Of a stretch of 64,000 nucleotides of DNA, positions 48,401 through 57,733 are shown piece by piece (the stretch's first letter is position 1; each line of letters opens with the position of its first letter). A model generated the notes under the pieces. The model had not been told where the DNA came from, searched no databases, and saw only the letters and a list, made by a program, of their open reading frames with translations. Location: sequence record SRR20825010_3141; one strand, 5' to 3'. The translations under genes were made by a program, and so were the position numbers.

Positions 48401-49474
48401 CAGCGATTCAAACTGAATCAAATCCAACGGGTGAGGTGACGCGCGGCGTCGGTCGGTCTTGATCAGTTCCGTTGAGTTCAAAAGATTGAACCACAGCATC
48501 ATTTGGTTGTCAGCCTCGTCGAACTCGCCGGCTTCGACCGAGGAAACTATTCCATCGACCAATTCAGCCGGAGTTTTTCCGATCGGGGCGGTTTGTTGGC
48601 GAAGGGTGGGCTCGATCGATGCCGCAAGGGTTTGGGTTCGCCGAATCGCATCGACGGCCGCTTTGGATTCGTTCGCGATTCCAAGTCGTGCCGCTCGGAC
48701 GGCCAAATACAGGTTGTTGGGTTGTTGGTTGGACAGCTGAGTCAGAGCGGTCGCGGCCGGTTCGAGAATGGTTGGTGGAATCCCGCGAATGGGATCCTCC
48801 AGCACATCCACCACCTGAGTCAACGTGCCCGCCAACAGAATGGAATTGCTTTTGTCGCCTTTCGCATCAGCGGTTTTTTGAATGGATTCAATCAGCCGGC
48901 CAAAGACTTCTTTGCGGATCGATTGCATCACCGATCGCGGCAGCAAGTTGGCTTCATTCAGGTCGACTCGTGCGTTCATCCAAGTCGCCAGGTTGGGATC
49001 GCCACCAAGCTCAACATACTTCTGAATCAAACCGCGAGTTTCTGAAAGCAGCGATGCGAGTCGTTGTCGAGCGGCTTGCTTTTCTTCTGGTTTGGCGGAA
49101 GCATCGGTGGCGACGGCAGACAACTCGTCGATCGTCAATGCTCGGTTCAGTGCGCGGTTCAGCGCGATCGAACGATCTTCTGGTCGGGACTTTGACAGTG
49201 CAGACCAAGCCGTTTCCGCATCGTCGGTATCGAGATTTTCCATCGACGCTAGGGCGACCCGGTTCAGGTCGAGGTTTTGCGACGCGAGCTGCTCGGTTTG
49301 GTTGTTACTACCATCACCGGGAACGTCGTCTGGAGGAACCGCTGGGCCGCGACTGAACCAATAGCCGGCTGCTGCGAGCAACCCAATCGCGACAACAGCG
49401 ACCAGCCAGATGCTGGTCGCGGGTTGTTTACCGGAAGGAGACTGTTTGCTGGTTGGGGATTGAGACGAAGTCAC
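45485..49474 (-). CDS. Membrane-anchored CRTAC1/ASPIC-UnbV-type FG-GAP repeat protein
   Basis: N-terminal TM anchor, helical region, DxDxDxDLD repeats, N..AVG...HFGL (UnbV-like), KGSCPYLY, GWDKDAD. Confidence 0.8.
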   Translation of the reverse strand: MTSSQSPTSKQSPSGKQPATSIWLVAVVAIGLLAAAGYWFSRGPAVPPDDVPGDGSNNQTEQLASQNLDLNRVALASMENLDTDDAETAWSALSKSRPEDRSIALNRALNRALTIDELSAVATDASAKPEEKQAARQRLASLLSETRGLIQKYVELGGDPNLATWMNARVDLNEANLLPRSVMQSIRKEVFGRLIESIQKTADAKGDKSNSILLAGTLTQVVDVLEDPIRGIPPTILEPAATALTQLSNQQPNNLYLAVRAARLGIANESKAAVDAIRRTQTLAASIEPTLRQQTAPIGKTPAELVDGIVSSVEAGEFDEADNQMMLWFNLLNSTELIKTDRRRASPHPLDLIQFESLRRLSAEVSKQSRIASASDPLSFDIQSLTIASDNDEGISANDLIAIDANLDFKMDLVSLHPGNDSATLFLWMQGDKGWQKHGTLKVDGQWTGMMVADLFMVDSSSPGRLRQDATSRSHNTLRSIILFGESGAQLVVVDGRDFGQTDATDEDSLKTEAADGLELLPQVHAMISGDFEGDGDLDLMAATDRGWELLVNRGNRTFFPLPTNENQATSWDESDPPVAFAIADLDRDLDLDVVTVHPQSGRVGWIENLLHLQFRFSYRDDIPVLPGVDSLAIEDVDGNVSWDIILGSPDQGQLVLSHTGDIGMWRVDAVTPFSWPTTGTDQQPSRTHRGSLIVADLDNDSFYECLRGGMASSVLELSPASSADEKPQKFGPQQDLQWKASDQTSEIFVYAATDFDADLRVDLVGWSASGDASSPTISVASNTTDLSGKAISVRFKGIDDNNANSGRVNHYAVGSVLELRFGPHYRSRIVTDPTTHFGLDGLIGPGNLRVIFPNGLTQSVPKIEPGVMIEEEQTLKGSCPYLYAFNGERFEFVTDCLWAAPLGLQTSPGVVVPDRPWEHLLVDGKFLAPNDGAYELRITEELWEVAYFDQLDLAAIDHPKDVVVFTNEKVGPPSVAEPTIHAFDQSELQSVSKATDTAGTDVTSLLRETDGEHVQGFAHRYRQGLCPPHWIDLDLSDRVSETTSEDANIHLVLNGWILPTDTSLNIQIDQNPELSSPEPPSLWVPDGSSESGWKMASPFIGFPGGKNKTIVVDITDWVNRKDARVRIRTTNQIYWDSAAVSVRTNQEIERLRSLVVVQPLTLQSAEVAWHGFSGRSHPGPKQAETYDYQSVQDSPRWPPLDGPLTNYGPAEDLISDWDDSMVVISGGDEIRLRFEVPKKELSDSEQRDFVLHGVGWDKDADLNTLAGQSTLPLPFQSMSKYPPTASQKEEATKSRETNAVHLSREQPFRKFWSRGASPRNDSSERPVQ

Positions 49475-49574
49475 CGATTAGCATCCTTGGAGAACAAACT
49501 GACACGAGGTCGAGAGCGGATGCAGTCTATCAAATGCGAGCGAATTCGATGCGGCACTTCGGTGCCTACCGAAC

Positions 49575-52445
49575 TCAGCCTCGCAGTTCGATCCCCAGCG
49601 GCAGCGTGTCACCGAAAACAGCTTGTTGTTCTTCGTGGTCGAGTTGGCCACCGTTCTTGACCAATTCAATCCAGTGGTCGGGTGCGCCGAGTCGATCCAG
49701 CAAGCTCAAAGCTCGATCTCGCGTGGGTGGGGCAACGTCACGAAATCGGTCATCGCAACGACGAGTCATTTGAGTGATCGTGAAGGCGGCCAATCGCTTG
49801 GTTGCTTCGTCTGAGGTATTTAGCGACGGCGAATGCGAAAGCTTTTGCAGCCAATGTGAAACGTCCGTCGCCGGAACGATCAAATTCAATGGCCCATACG
49901 CAAGGACGCGAGACGCGAGGCGGCCGAGCGTCCAAAACAGACTCGGGTACAGCGGGGAAGCCTTTTTGCGGTCGAGCGATTCCGTGACGGCGGTCGCGAA
50001 AGATCGTTTTTGGTCGATTGGCAGTCGCTCCAGCGAACCGATCGTCCGCCACGCCTCGTTGGCTTCGGCCATGTCCTGGTTTGATGTTCCCGCGAGTAGC
50101 CATCTGCCCAGCGAGGTCGCCAACTGACTTTGTTGACCCGCCGTCATTCCACCTGCGATGCGTCGCCACATCACGTAAGACTCAGCGCGGACCTGGTGAT
50201 CGGGATGCGAAATCTTTCCGTAGATCATTCGCCAAGTTTGCGAGGTTCGCCAATCATCCACCGCGACACCGTAACCGGGTCGCAGGGCGAAGCCAGCTAA
50301 GTTCAACCAACGGGATTCATGAGCGGGCGACCGGCGACGATTCTCTTGAACTTCCATCAACGATTCCCACAACTGACGAAGCAATGCCGGTGGCCATTGA
50401 TCGCGGGAGGTGCCGATGGTGGTTTGAAGCCGCTTGATTAGCAGCGAAGGTTTGAGCGTGCCTTCAACGAAAACCCGCGAAATCAATTGGCGACATTCGT
50501 CGAGGGTTTCTTCGTCAACAATTCCAGCAGATTCACCGGCGTAGTCATGAGATTCGCGGTCGGTTTCGAGGGTTCCACGAATATCAAATTCCAAACGCCA
50601 ACGTTTGGCGTCAGAGACGCAAAACAGCCCAACTGTGCCGATTTCCGAAAGCTCCGATTCGATCACGATTTGCATCGTGGATTGGTCACGCCGTTTACGA
50701 TCTTTGAGCGCCGTTTGAATGGGCGGCAACGGCGTCATCGTATTTGGGTCAATGTCGACCACCTCGCCCGGTCGGTCAGCCAGACGAGTGCTACTGACCC
50801 AAAGTGGAAAACTAACCGGCACACCAACTCGCAAATCCATCGGAACTTGGTCGATACGGAAGGATTGGCCGGCTTGCGCATTAGCGGGAATCACACAAAC
50901 CGCTCGCGGCGGGTTTTGTTCGATCTGCATGAAGTAGGTCCGAGCCAAGTTCGCGGCGATGCGAACCCCATGGCCCCGCCGGACCATCGCGTAGTGAGCG
51001 GCACCTTGAGCGACCGCCAAATCCAAGCGTGCGGATTCCAGGACGGCGGGTTCCGAAAACCACTTTGTCAGTGAGCCGATGACTCGCTCGCGAATCGCGG
51101 GTGCCGTCAGCACGCCTCCATTGAAAAGTACCAAGTTGACCTGGTCGCTTTCTTTGAGTTTTGACGGATCGGCCGCGGTGCCATCGGCCGTTGCGTCGTC
51201 CAAGCCGGTGCGGCGATGTTCGCGAAGGAATTCGGCCAGGTGTTTGGTGACGGCGGGGTCAGCAGCGTATGGCAGACCGACTTCTTGAAAACCGCTTTGT
51301 TGCGAATCGACTTCGCATTCCATCTCCACATCGGGAAAGAATCCGTCGAGCAACAATGAGTCGACTTCTTCGGCGGTCATTTCGACACTGAGCCCGCCAC
51401 CGATCAGCGACGATCCTTCACCGGGTAAGTGGATTGTGGTGCGTTCAGGACGCGGTTCTGAGAGAAATGTCTCTTTGGTTTGTCTTGCCGCTGCCAATAG
51501 TTGTTGCCATTGCCGCGGGGACAACGTCCGGCCAAGCTTGGCTTCCGCCGCTTTGGCGACCGCCAAATCAAGGTTGTCTCCACCGAGAATCAAGTGTTTT
51601 CCAACGGCAACGCGATGGAACTGAACGACATTCGATTGGTCGGTCGAGTCAGCCGGACGCACGCGAATGAGTGTCAGGTCGGTCGTTCCGCCGCCGATGT
51701 CGCATACCAGAATCAGTTGGCCGACTTGAACCAAGTCTTGCCACTCGTTTCGGTGGCGATCCAGCCAAGCGTAGAATGCTGCCTGTGGTTCTTCGATCAA
51801 CTGGATGCGAGGCAGTCCCGCCATCTTGGCCGCCCGAATTGTCAATTCGCGAGCGACCTCGTCAAACGATGCGGGTAACGTGATGACGATGTCTTGTTGT
51901 GACATCGGATGATCGGGGTGTTCGGCATCCCATGCGTCGGCCAAATGTTTTAAATAGCTTGACGAGGCGTCCGCCGGCGATCGTCGTGGAACATCATGGT
52001 CGCCATGCCAAGGCAACAAGTCCGCGGTCCGGTCCACTCCCTCATGAGACAGCCAGCTTTTTGCCGACGCGATTTGCCTGCCAGGATGCAGCAGCCCAGC
52101 GATCCGGGCGTACTCGCCCACGCAGGAAGCCAGGGCATCATCCGTTGGGTTTAGCCAATCGTGAGCGTCACTGCGCGGGAGCTTCTCAGAAGGATGAAGT
52201 GTGTAGTGAAACGACGGAAGCGTTGAGCGAGATTCCGCCACGCCCAGATCGACCCATTGTGGCACCAAAAAAGTGCGGACGGTGAACTCAGCGTTTGCGT
52301 TGGCTGAGGACGCACCGGTATCCGTGGCGGAGGCTTCCGTATCGACATAGGCCAACACACAGTTGGTTGTGCCTAAGTCGATTCCGATGCAATAACGCGG
52401 TGGAAGTGGATCGTCTTGTTCATCCGAAGGATTGCGAGAATTCAT
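49575..52445 (-). CDS. Atypical Hsp70-family ATPase with long C-terminal extension (DUF3731-like)
   Basis: GIDLGTTN, SAKSWL, LPASFD, EEPQAAFY, DIGGGTTD, GGDNLD; C-terminal WLNLAGFALRPGYG ... FGDTLPLG. Confidence 0.85.
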   Translation of the reverse strand: MNSRNPSDEQDDPLPPRYCIGIDLGTTNCVLAYVDTEASATDTGASSANANAEFTVRTFLVPQWVDLGVAESRSTLPSFHYTLHPSEKLPRSDAHDWLNPTDDALASCVGEYARIAGLLHPGRQIASAKSWLSHEGVDRTADLLPWHGDHDVPRRSPADASSSYLKHLADAWDAEHPDHPMSQQDIVITLPASFDEVARELTIRAAKMAGLPRIQLIEEPQAAFYAWLDRHRNEWQDLVQVGQLILVCDIGGGTTDLTLIRVRPADSTDQSNVVQFHRVAVGKHLILGGDNLDLAVAKAAEAKLGRTLSPRQWQQLLAAARQTKETFLSEPRPERTTIHLPGEGSSLIGGGLSVEMTAEEVDSLLLDGFFPDVEMECEVDSQQSGFQEVGLPYAADPAVTKHLAEFLREHRRTGLDDATADGTAADPSKLKESDQVNLVLFNGGVLTAPAIRERVIGSLTKWFSEPAVLESARLDLAVAQGAAHYAMVRRGHGVRIAANLARTYFMQIEQNPPRAVCVIPANAQAGQSFRIDQVPMDLRVGVPVSFPLWVSSTRLADRPGEVVDIDPNTMTPLPPIQTALKDRKRRDQSTMQIVIESELSEIGTVGLFCVSDAKRWRLEFDIRGTLETDRESHDYAGESAGIVDEETLDECRQLISRVFVEGTLKPSLLIKRLQTTIGTSRDQWPPALLRQLWESLMEVQENRRRSPAHESRWLNLAGFALRPGYGVAVDDWRTSQTWRMIYGKISHPDHQVRAESYVMWRRIAGGMTAGQQSQLATSLGRWLLAGTSNQDMAEANEAWRTIGSLERLPIDQKRSFATAVTESLDRKKASPLYPSLFWTLGRLASRVLAYGPLNLIVPATDVSHWLQKLSHSPSLNTSDEATKRLAAFTITQMTRRCDDRFRDVAPPTRDRALSLLDRLGAPDHWIELVKNGGQLDHEEQQAVFGDTLPLGIELRG

Positions 52446-52452
52446 GTCGAGA

Positions 52453-54318
52453 TTACGACTCGTCTTCTTGGCGAGCGTTGAATTCAAGTTTCCAGTGGCG
52501 ATCGCCCCGTTTGTCATGACACCAAAGCTCAAACATTCCAAGCTCGGTCACACGTGATTCAAACTGCACCGGAACGAAGCTCTGGGCTGGTTCGTTGTCG
52601 GCCGCGCCGGATGCGGAGTCTTCGCCCCGGTTTTGGTCCAACGTCAATTCAATCGGTTCACTTTCTTGAAGCTCGGTAGGGCTCCAGCGATCCAAACGGT
52701 CGCCGGGTTGGTCGCCTGCACGAGTTGTTGACGAGAAGAATCGAAAACGGGCTGGCGTACCGACAACGACGCCGACTTCCTGTCCAGGAACTTCGGCCTG
52801 GGTACCTTCTTCCATTCCCTGAGCGGCGACGCAGACGGCGCGCAAGGGACGAGGGGCTCCGGGGATCGCCATGCCCGCGGTTTCGATTCCGATGTAGAAG
52901 GCTTTGGCCGTGCCGCCACGAATTCGGATTCCGCCATGAGTTTTGGTCCAACCGTAGTAGGCGGCACCAATCGCGACGGCGTGATCCAAATCGTCTTCCG
53001 ACGACAAAGTATTGACGCTGGAATCGGTCCAAGAAGAAAGCGTTGATTCCAACCGTTGTCGCATCACCGGACTTCGGAAAACACCGCCATTGAGCAGCAA
53101 GTGAGTCACCGGGCCGATGCCTTCATTGTCGCTGTTCAGTGCGGATTGATCCGTTAGGAAGGCGGCAATGTGTTTCGTGATGGCAGGATCTGATTCGTAA
53201 GGCAAACCGACGTCTTGGAAACCGCTGACCACATTGGCTTGAGGCCGATCCTGTGGTGCACATTGTGGGAAGAAACCATCCAGTAAAAGTGTTGCCGCAT
53301 CGGTGCGCTGGATTTCCGTGGTGATGGTTCCGCCGATCAGCGAACTTCCTCGACCAAGTACCGAAATGGATTGCGAGTCGGGACCATCGTGACTGAGCAA
53401 TCGTTCTTTTGCGTCACGGCAAGCGTGCCAAAGTGAGGTGCTTTGCCAAGGATCCAGGTCGTGACCGGACTGGCGAAATTGCTCGGCGGCTTGATAGGCC
53501 AATGCGAGGTCCATGTTGTCACCGCCGACCAACAGATGATTGCCAACCGCAACGCGTTTCAACATCAGTTCGCCGGCTTCTTCTTCGACACCGACCAATG
53601 TCAGGTCGGTGGTGCCGCCGCCGACGTCGACCACCAACATGGTGTCTCCGTCGGATAACGATTTGCGCCACTTGCCATCGGTCGATGCGAGGTAGCGATA
53701 GACCGCTGCTTGAGGCTCTTCCAGAAGAACAAAGTTCTCGTTCAATCCAGCTCGAATGGCAGCACGCCGAGTCAGTTCGCGGGCTGCTGGATCAAACGAA
53801 GCCGGAACGGTCAGTACGACTTGTTGTTGATCGATCGGAGCGTTGGGGAATTGGGCATGCCACGCCGCCACCAGATGACGCAAAAAGATGCCGGTGCATT
53901 CCACCGCGGAAACTCGCGGGATTTCATCAGGCGATTGCCAAGGAAGCACCGGGGAATCCGGATCCACCTTACGCTGACACAACCAACTTTTCGCGGCGAC
54001 GATGACACGTTGTGGGTTGTCGGCGGCCTGCTGCCTTGCGTACACGCCTGCGACCCCTTCGGTCGAGGACGGGAACCGGGCGTGTTCGCTGGTCACTTCC
54101 AACGCGTCAACTTCCTGATCGCGAGGCAAGTATAGGAACGACGGCAATGAGGTACGCGACTCGATTTGGCCGGATGCGACGACCTGCGGGATCGGTAGCA
54201 ACTGAATCTCAGGGGCTTGGTCAGCCGTTTTGACTTCCGCGTTGGATTGAGGAGCGTACGCAACGACGCTGTTGGTCGTCCCGAGGTCGATTCCGATGCA
54301 ATATTTTTGCTCACTCAT
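52453..54318 (-). CDS. Atypical Hsp70-family ATPase
   Basis: GIDLGTTN, AAKSWL, VPASFD, EEPQAA, DVGGGTTD, GGDNMD; ends WKLEFNAR; 4 bp downstream of the bcp stop. Confidence 0.87.
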   Translation of the reverse strand: MSEQKYCIGIDLGTTNSVVAYAPQSNAEVKTADQAPEIQLLPIPQVVASGQIESRTSLPSFLYLPRDQEVDALEVTSEHARFPSSTEGVAGVYARQQAADNPQRVIVAAKSWLCQRKVDPDSPVLPWQSPDEIPRVSAVECTGIFLRHLVAAWHAQFPNAPIDQQQVVLTVPASFDPAARELTRRAAIRAGLNENFVLLEEPQAAVYRYLASTDGKWRKSLSDGDTMLVVDVGGGTTDLTLVGVEEEAGELMLKRVAVGNHLLVGGDNMDLALAYQAAEQFRQSGHDLDPWQSTSLWHACRDAKERLLSHDGPDSQSISVLGRGSSLIGGTITTEIQRTDAATLLLDGFFPQCAPQDRPQANVVSGFQDVGLPYESDPAITKHIAAFLTDQSALNSDNEGIGPVTHLLLNGGVFRSPVMRQRLESTLSSWTDSSVNTLSSEDDLDHAVAIGAAYYGWTKTHGGIRIRGGTAKAFYIGIETAGMAIPGAPRPLRAVCVAAQGMEEGTQAEVPGQEVGVVVGTPARFRFFSSTTRAGDQPGDRLDRWSPTELQESEPIELTLDQNRGEDSASGAADNEPAQSFVPVQFESRVTELGMFELWCHDKRGDRHWKLEFNARQEDES

Positions 54319-54322
54319 AGGA

Positions 54323-54805
54323 TCAATTTTGCTCTGCGAGTAAAGCGAGTGCATCGAGAACCTGTTGGTCGTGGCCGTCGACTCGAACACGTTTCCAAAC
54401 CTTGACCACTTTGCCTGCGGCGTCGATCAAATAGGTCGAACGTTGGATGCCCATCGACTTCTTGCCGTACAGGTTCTTCTCCCGGTATGCCCCATATTTC
54501 TCACTCATGGCGTGGTTTTCATCGACGAGCAGAGGGAACGGCAATTCAAACTTGTCACGAAATTGGATGTGACTTTCGGCTGAATCGGTGCTGATGCCGA
54601 ACAATTGTGCTCCCGCGGATTGCAGTTCAGCGTATCGATCGCGAAACGCACAGGCCTCTTTGGTGCATCCAGGTGTGTTGTCTTTGGGATAGAAAAACAA
54701 AACGACCGGGGCACCAGCCAAATCTTTCAATTTGACGGTCTGGCCGTCCTGGTCTTTGAGCGTGAAGGCGGGAGCCTTTTTGCCTGGTTCGATAAAATCA
54801 GCCAT
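54323..54805 (-). CDS. bcp: Thioredoxin-dependent thiol peroxidase (BCP/PrxQ)
   Basis: FFYPKDNTPGCTKEACAFRD, GIQRSTYLID; start at ATG 54805. Confidence 0.93.
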   Translation of the reverse strand: MADFIEPGKKAPAFTLKDQDGQTVKLKDLAGAPVVLFFYPKDNTPGCTKEACAFRDRYAELQSAGAQLFGISTDSAESHIQFRDKFELPFPLLVDENHAMSEKYGAYREKNLYGKKSMGIQRSTYLIDAAGKVVKVWKRVRVDGHDQQVLDALALLAEQN

Positions 54806-55126
54806 GATGAAACGCCCCATTTGGGGGCATATGGATTGAAAGGAGGCGGATGGGACAGGGCATTGTTTTCGATCGGCCAAGTTGTCGCCAGCGGGGGCGG
54901 ATCGACCGAGACCAGCGATTGGATCCGAGGCGGGAAAACACGACAGAAACACGCATCTGTATGGTGTTTGACGGGTGCCCCCAAAAAACAAACGCGTTAC
55001 ACTACGGGGCAACTCCGAGACGTGGGATTGCTCCACCCTCCATTCTTTCCCCATTCGCTTGAAAGTTGTTTGAACTTGTCTGATCAACCGCCTTCTTCCT
55101 CCAACGACACCCCATCTGCTGATCCT

Positions 55127-55531
55127 ATGGCTCATCCCAGTCGGGCAATTCGTCCGCATGGATTGGAAGATGCCCGCAAATTGGCGACTGAGGCCGCTCG
55201 GGTCGCGTTGGACAACAACGGTCAAGATGTGATGGTGTTAAACGTCAGCGAGCAATCGGCTGAGTTTGATTTCTTCGTCATCGCCACTGGAACCAGCCGT
55301 CGTCAATTGCACGCGATCAGCGAGCAAACCGATGATGCACTCGAAAAAGGTTTGGGCGATCGGCGTCAAGGAATCGAAGGCTATCAAGAGAGCAGCTGGA
55401 TCGTGCTTGATTACGGCAGCGTCGTTGTTCATCTGTTCGATGAAGAGACCCGTGAGTACTACGACCTGGAATCTTTGTGGGCCGATGCCACCCCCATTCC
55501 GCTGTCGGATCTTGGTTTGACGCAACGCTGA
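55127..55531 (+). CDS. rsfS: Ribosome silencing factor RsfS (Iojap)
   Basis: DFFVIATGTSRRQ, WIVLDYGSVVVHLF, REYYDLESLW; start may lie up to about 60 bp upstream. Confidence 0.93.
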   Translation: MAHPSRAIRPHGLEDARKLATEAARVALDNNGQDVMVLNVSEQSAEFDFFVIATGTSRRQLHAISEQTDDALEKGLGDRRQGIEGYQESSWIVLDYGSVVVHLFDEETREYYDLESLWADATPIPLSDLGLTQR

Positions 55532-55593
55532 ACCGCGTTTGGACGTCCCATTTCTTTTTCTTCCCCACCTTTTCTTCAGGTGTGTAGGTTTCG

Positions 55594-57609
55594 ATGCATC
55601 TACCCAATGTTCTTCAAGCACGATTTGTTCAAGCCCTCGAGCCTTTGACGGACTCACCCAGCGATTACGCGGGAATGATCCGGCCCGCGGCTGACCCAAA
55701 GTTTGGTGACTACCAATCCAACGCCGCCATGCCTTTGGCGAAACGGGTGGGCAAGACATCTCGAGATGTTGCGGCCGAACTGGTGCAAAACCTTAATGTC
55801 ACCGATCTATTTGAAGAACCCGAGGTCGCCGGACCCGGATTTATCAATTTGCGTCTGAAGGATTCGGTCCTTTTTGATTCGATTCAACAGATGCTGTTGG
55901 ACGAACGAGTTGGTGTCTCGAAAACCACCGACCCGAAGAAAGTCATCGTCGACTTCTCTTCGCCCAATGTGGCGAAGCCCATGCACGTAGGGCACATTCG
56001 CAGCACCGTGATCGGTGATTGTCTGGCCCGGACGCTGCGTTTCTATGGCGAAGATGTTGTCACCGACAATCATTTGGGTGATTGGGGCACTCAGTTTGGA
56101 ATCATCATTTATGGTTATCGAAACTTTGGCGATCCTGCAAAAGTAGCTGCCAACCCAGTCCCAGAATTATCCGCTCTGTATCGGTTGACCAACCAACTGA
56201 TCGAATATCAAAAAGCCAAACAGTCGCTCGCAACGATGGCGGACAAGCTCGCCACGGCGAAAAGCGATGCTGAGACGGCGAAAGAGGTGTCTGACCAATC
56301 GGAATCGGACGAGAACCTCAAGCCAAAAGATAAAAAGAAGCTCCGGAAAAACGCTGAAGCTGCGACTCGCCGAGTTGCCTCGATCGAGGCAGATATGAAG
56401 TCACTGAAGGCCAAGATCGATGCGGTTGATAGTGATGCCGAGTTGTCGAAATTAGCTTCAGAACACTCTGACGTGGATGTCGCGGTTCTTCGAGAAACGG
56501 CCAAGCTGCATGAAGGCGACCCCGAGAACTTGGCATTGTGGAAAGAGTTCTTGCCTCACTGCCAAGACGAAATCAACCGAATCTATGACCGCTTGAATGT
56601 TCAATTTGATCATACGCTCGGCGAAAGCTTCTATCACGATCGATTGGCAGGTGTTGTCGATCACCTCACCACGCTTGGACTGACGACCAAAAGTGATGGG
56701 GCGATATGCGTCTTTCTAGAAGGGTTTGATAGCCCCATGATCATTCAGAAACGCGATGGCGCGTTTTTGTACGCGACGACGGACTTGGCCACGCTTCAGT
56801 ATCGTCGAGATGAGTTCCAACCTGACGAGATCTTGTATGTAGTGGATTCGCGTCAAGGCGAACACTTCAAGAAGTTTTTCGCGATGGCTGAGCCTCTGGG
56901 CATGGGCGAAGTCCAATTGGTGCATGTCAATTTCGGGACGGTATTGGGGCCTGATGGTCGCCCTATGAAGACTCGTAGCGGTTCGCTCATTGGTCTGGAA
57001 AGCTTATTGAATGATGCCGTGAGTCGTGCCAAAGAGGTGGTTTGTAATCCGGACCGTTTGGCGACGATGGATCCCCCAATGGGCGGAGAGGAACAGCAGC
57101 AAATAGCAGAAATCGTTGGCATTGGCGCCATTAAGTACGCGGATTTGTCGCACCATCGAACGAGTGACTACAAGTTTGATGTCGACAAAATGGTCGCTTT
57201 GGAAGGCAACACTGCGACCTATGTGCAGTACTCATACGCTCGGACCCAAAGCATTTTGCGGCGTGCGTCCGATGGTGAAGGCCTTCCCGCATTTGAACAG
57301 GCCATTGAACAAGCCGCCGCGACACAACCGATGACTTTTACCCACCCCAACGAGCGATCTCTCGCGTTGATGTTGATGCGTTTTGAAGAAGCGATTGAAC
57401 AGGTCCGTTTGAATTACGCACCCAACGCGTTGTGTGATTACCTGTTTGAAACCGCAAAAACATACTCTTCGTTCAATGAGAGTTGCCGCGTACTGGGCAA
57501 TGATGATCCCGCGGTAATGCAAACCCGCTTGGCTTTGGTTGTGTTGACCGGTCGAGTCCTCAAGAAAGGGTTGTCATTGTTGGGAATCGATGTCGCGGAG
57601 CGCATGTAG
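55594..57609 (+). CDS. argS: Arginine--tRNA ligase
   Basis: FGDYQ, GPGFIN, FSSPNVAKPMHVGH, GDWGTQFG, GESFY, MKTRSG, GNTATYVQYSYAR, ends ERM. Confidence 0.98.
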   Translation: MHLPNVLQARFVQALEPLTDSPSDYAGMIRPAADPKFGDYQSNAAMPLAKRVGKTSRDVAAELVQNLNVTDLFEEPEVAGPGFINLRLKDSVLFDSIQQMLLDERVGVSKTTDPKKVIVDFSSPNVAKPMHVGHIRSTVIGDCLARTLRFYGEDVVTDNHLGDWGTQFGIIIYGYRNFGDPAKVAANPVPELSALYRLTNQLIEYQKAKQSLATMADKLATAKSDAETAKEVSDQSESDENLKPKDKKKLRKNAEAATRRVASIEADMKSLKAKIDAVDSDAELSKLASEHSDVDVAVLRETAKLHEGDPENLALWKEFLPHCQDEINRIYDRLNVQFDHTLGESFYHDRLAGVVDHLTTLGLTTKSDGAICVFLEGFDSPMIIQKRDGAFLYATTDLATLQYRRDEFQPDEILYVVDSRQGEHFKKFFAMAEPLGMGEVQLVHVNFGTVLGPDGRPMKTRSGSLIGLESLLNDAVSRAKEVVCNPDRLATMDPPMGGEEQQQIAEIVGIGAIKYADLSHHRTSDYKFDVDKMVALEGNTATYVQYSYARTQSILRRASDGEGLPAFEQAIEQAAATQPMTFTHPNERSLALMLMRFEEAIEQVRLNYAPNALCDYLFETAKTYSSFNESCRVLGNDDPAVMQTRLALVVLTGRVLKKGLSLLGIDVAERM

Positions 57610-57663
57610 GTCAACTTCTATGACAATGTCATCTATTTTATGACTGTTGTTCCCTTTGAAGTA

Positions 57664-57691
57664 TTGACAGTAACTCTACTTTTTATAACGT
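57664..57691 (+). promoter_or_regulatory. Candidate sigma70 promoter for the small basic protein gene
   Basis: Perfect TTGACA, 16-bp spacer, TAACGT in AT-rich DNA; GGAG SD at 57724. Confidence 0.55.
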
Positions 57692-57733
57692 GTTGCGGAA
57701 TTAAGTTTTCTAAACACACTTATGGAGTAAAAC

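Noticed and set aside
54605-55225. Long overlapping N-terminal extensions of the bcp and rsfS ORFs
   Set aside because: Artefacts of longest-ORF calling across a divergent promoter region; family similarity begins near 54805 and 55127
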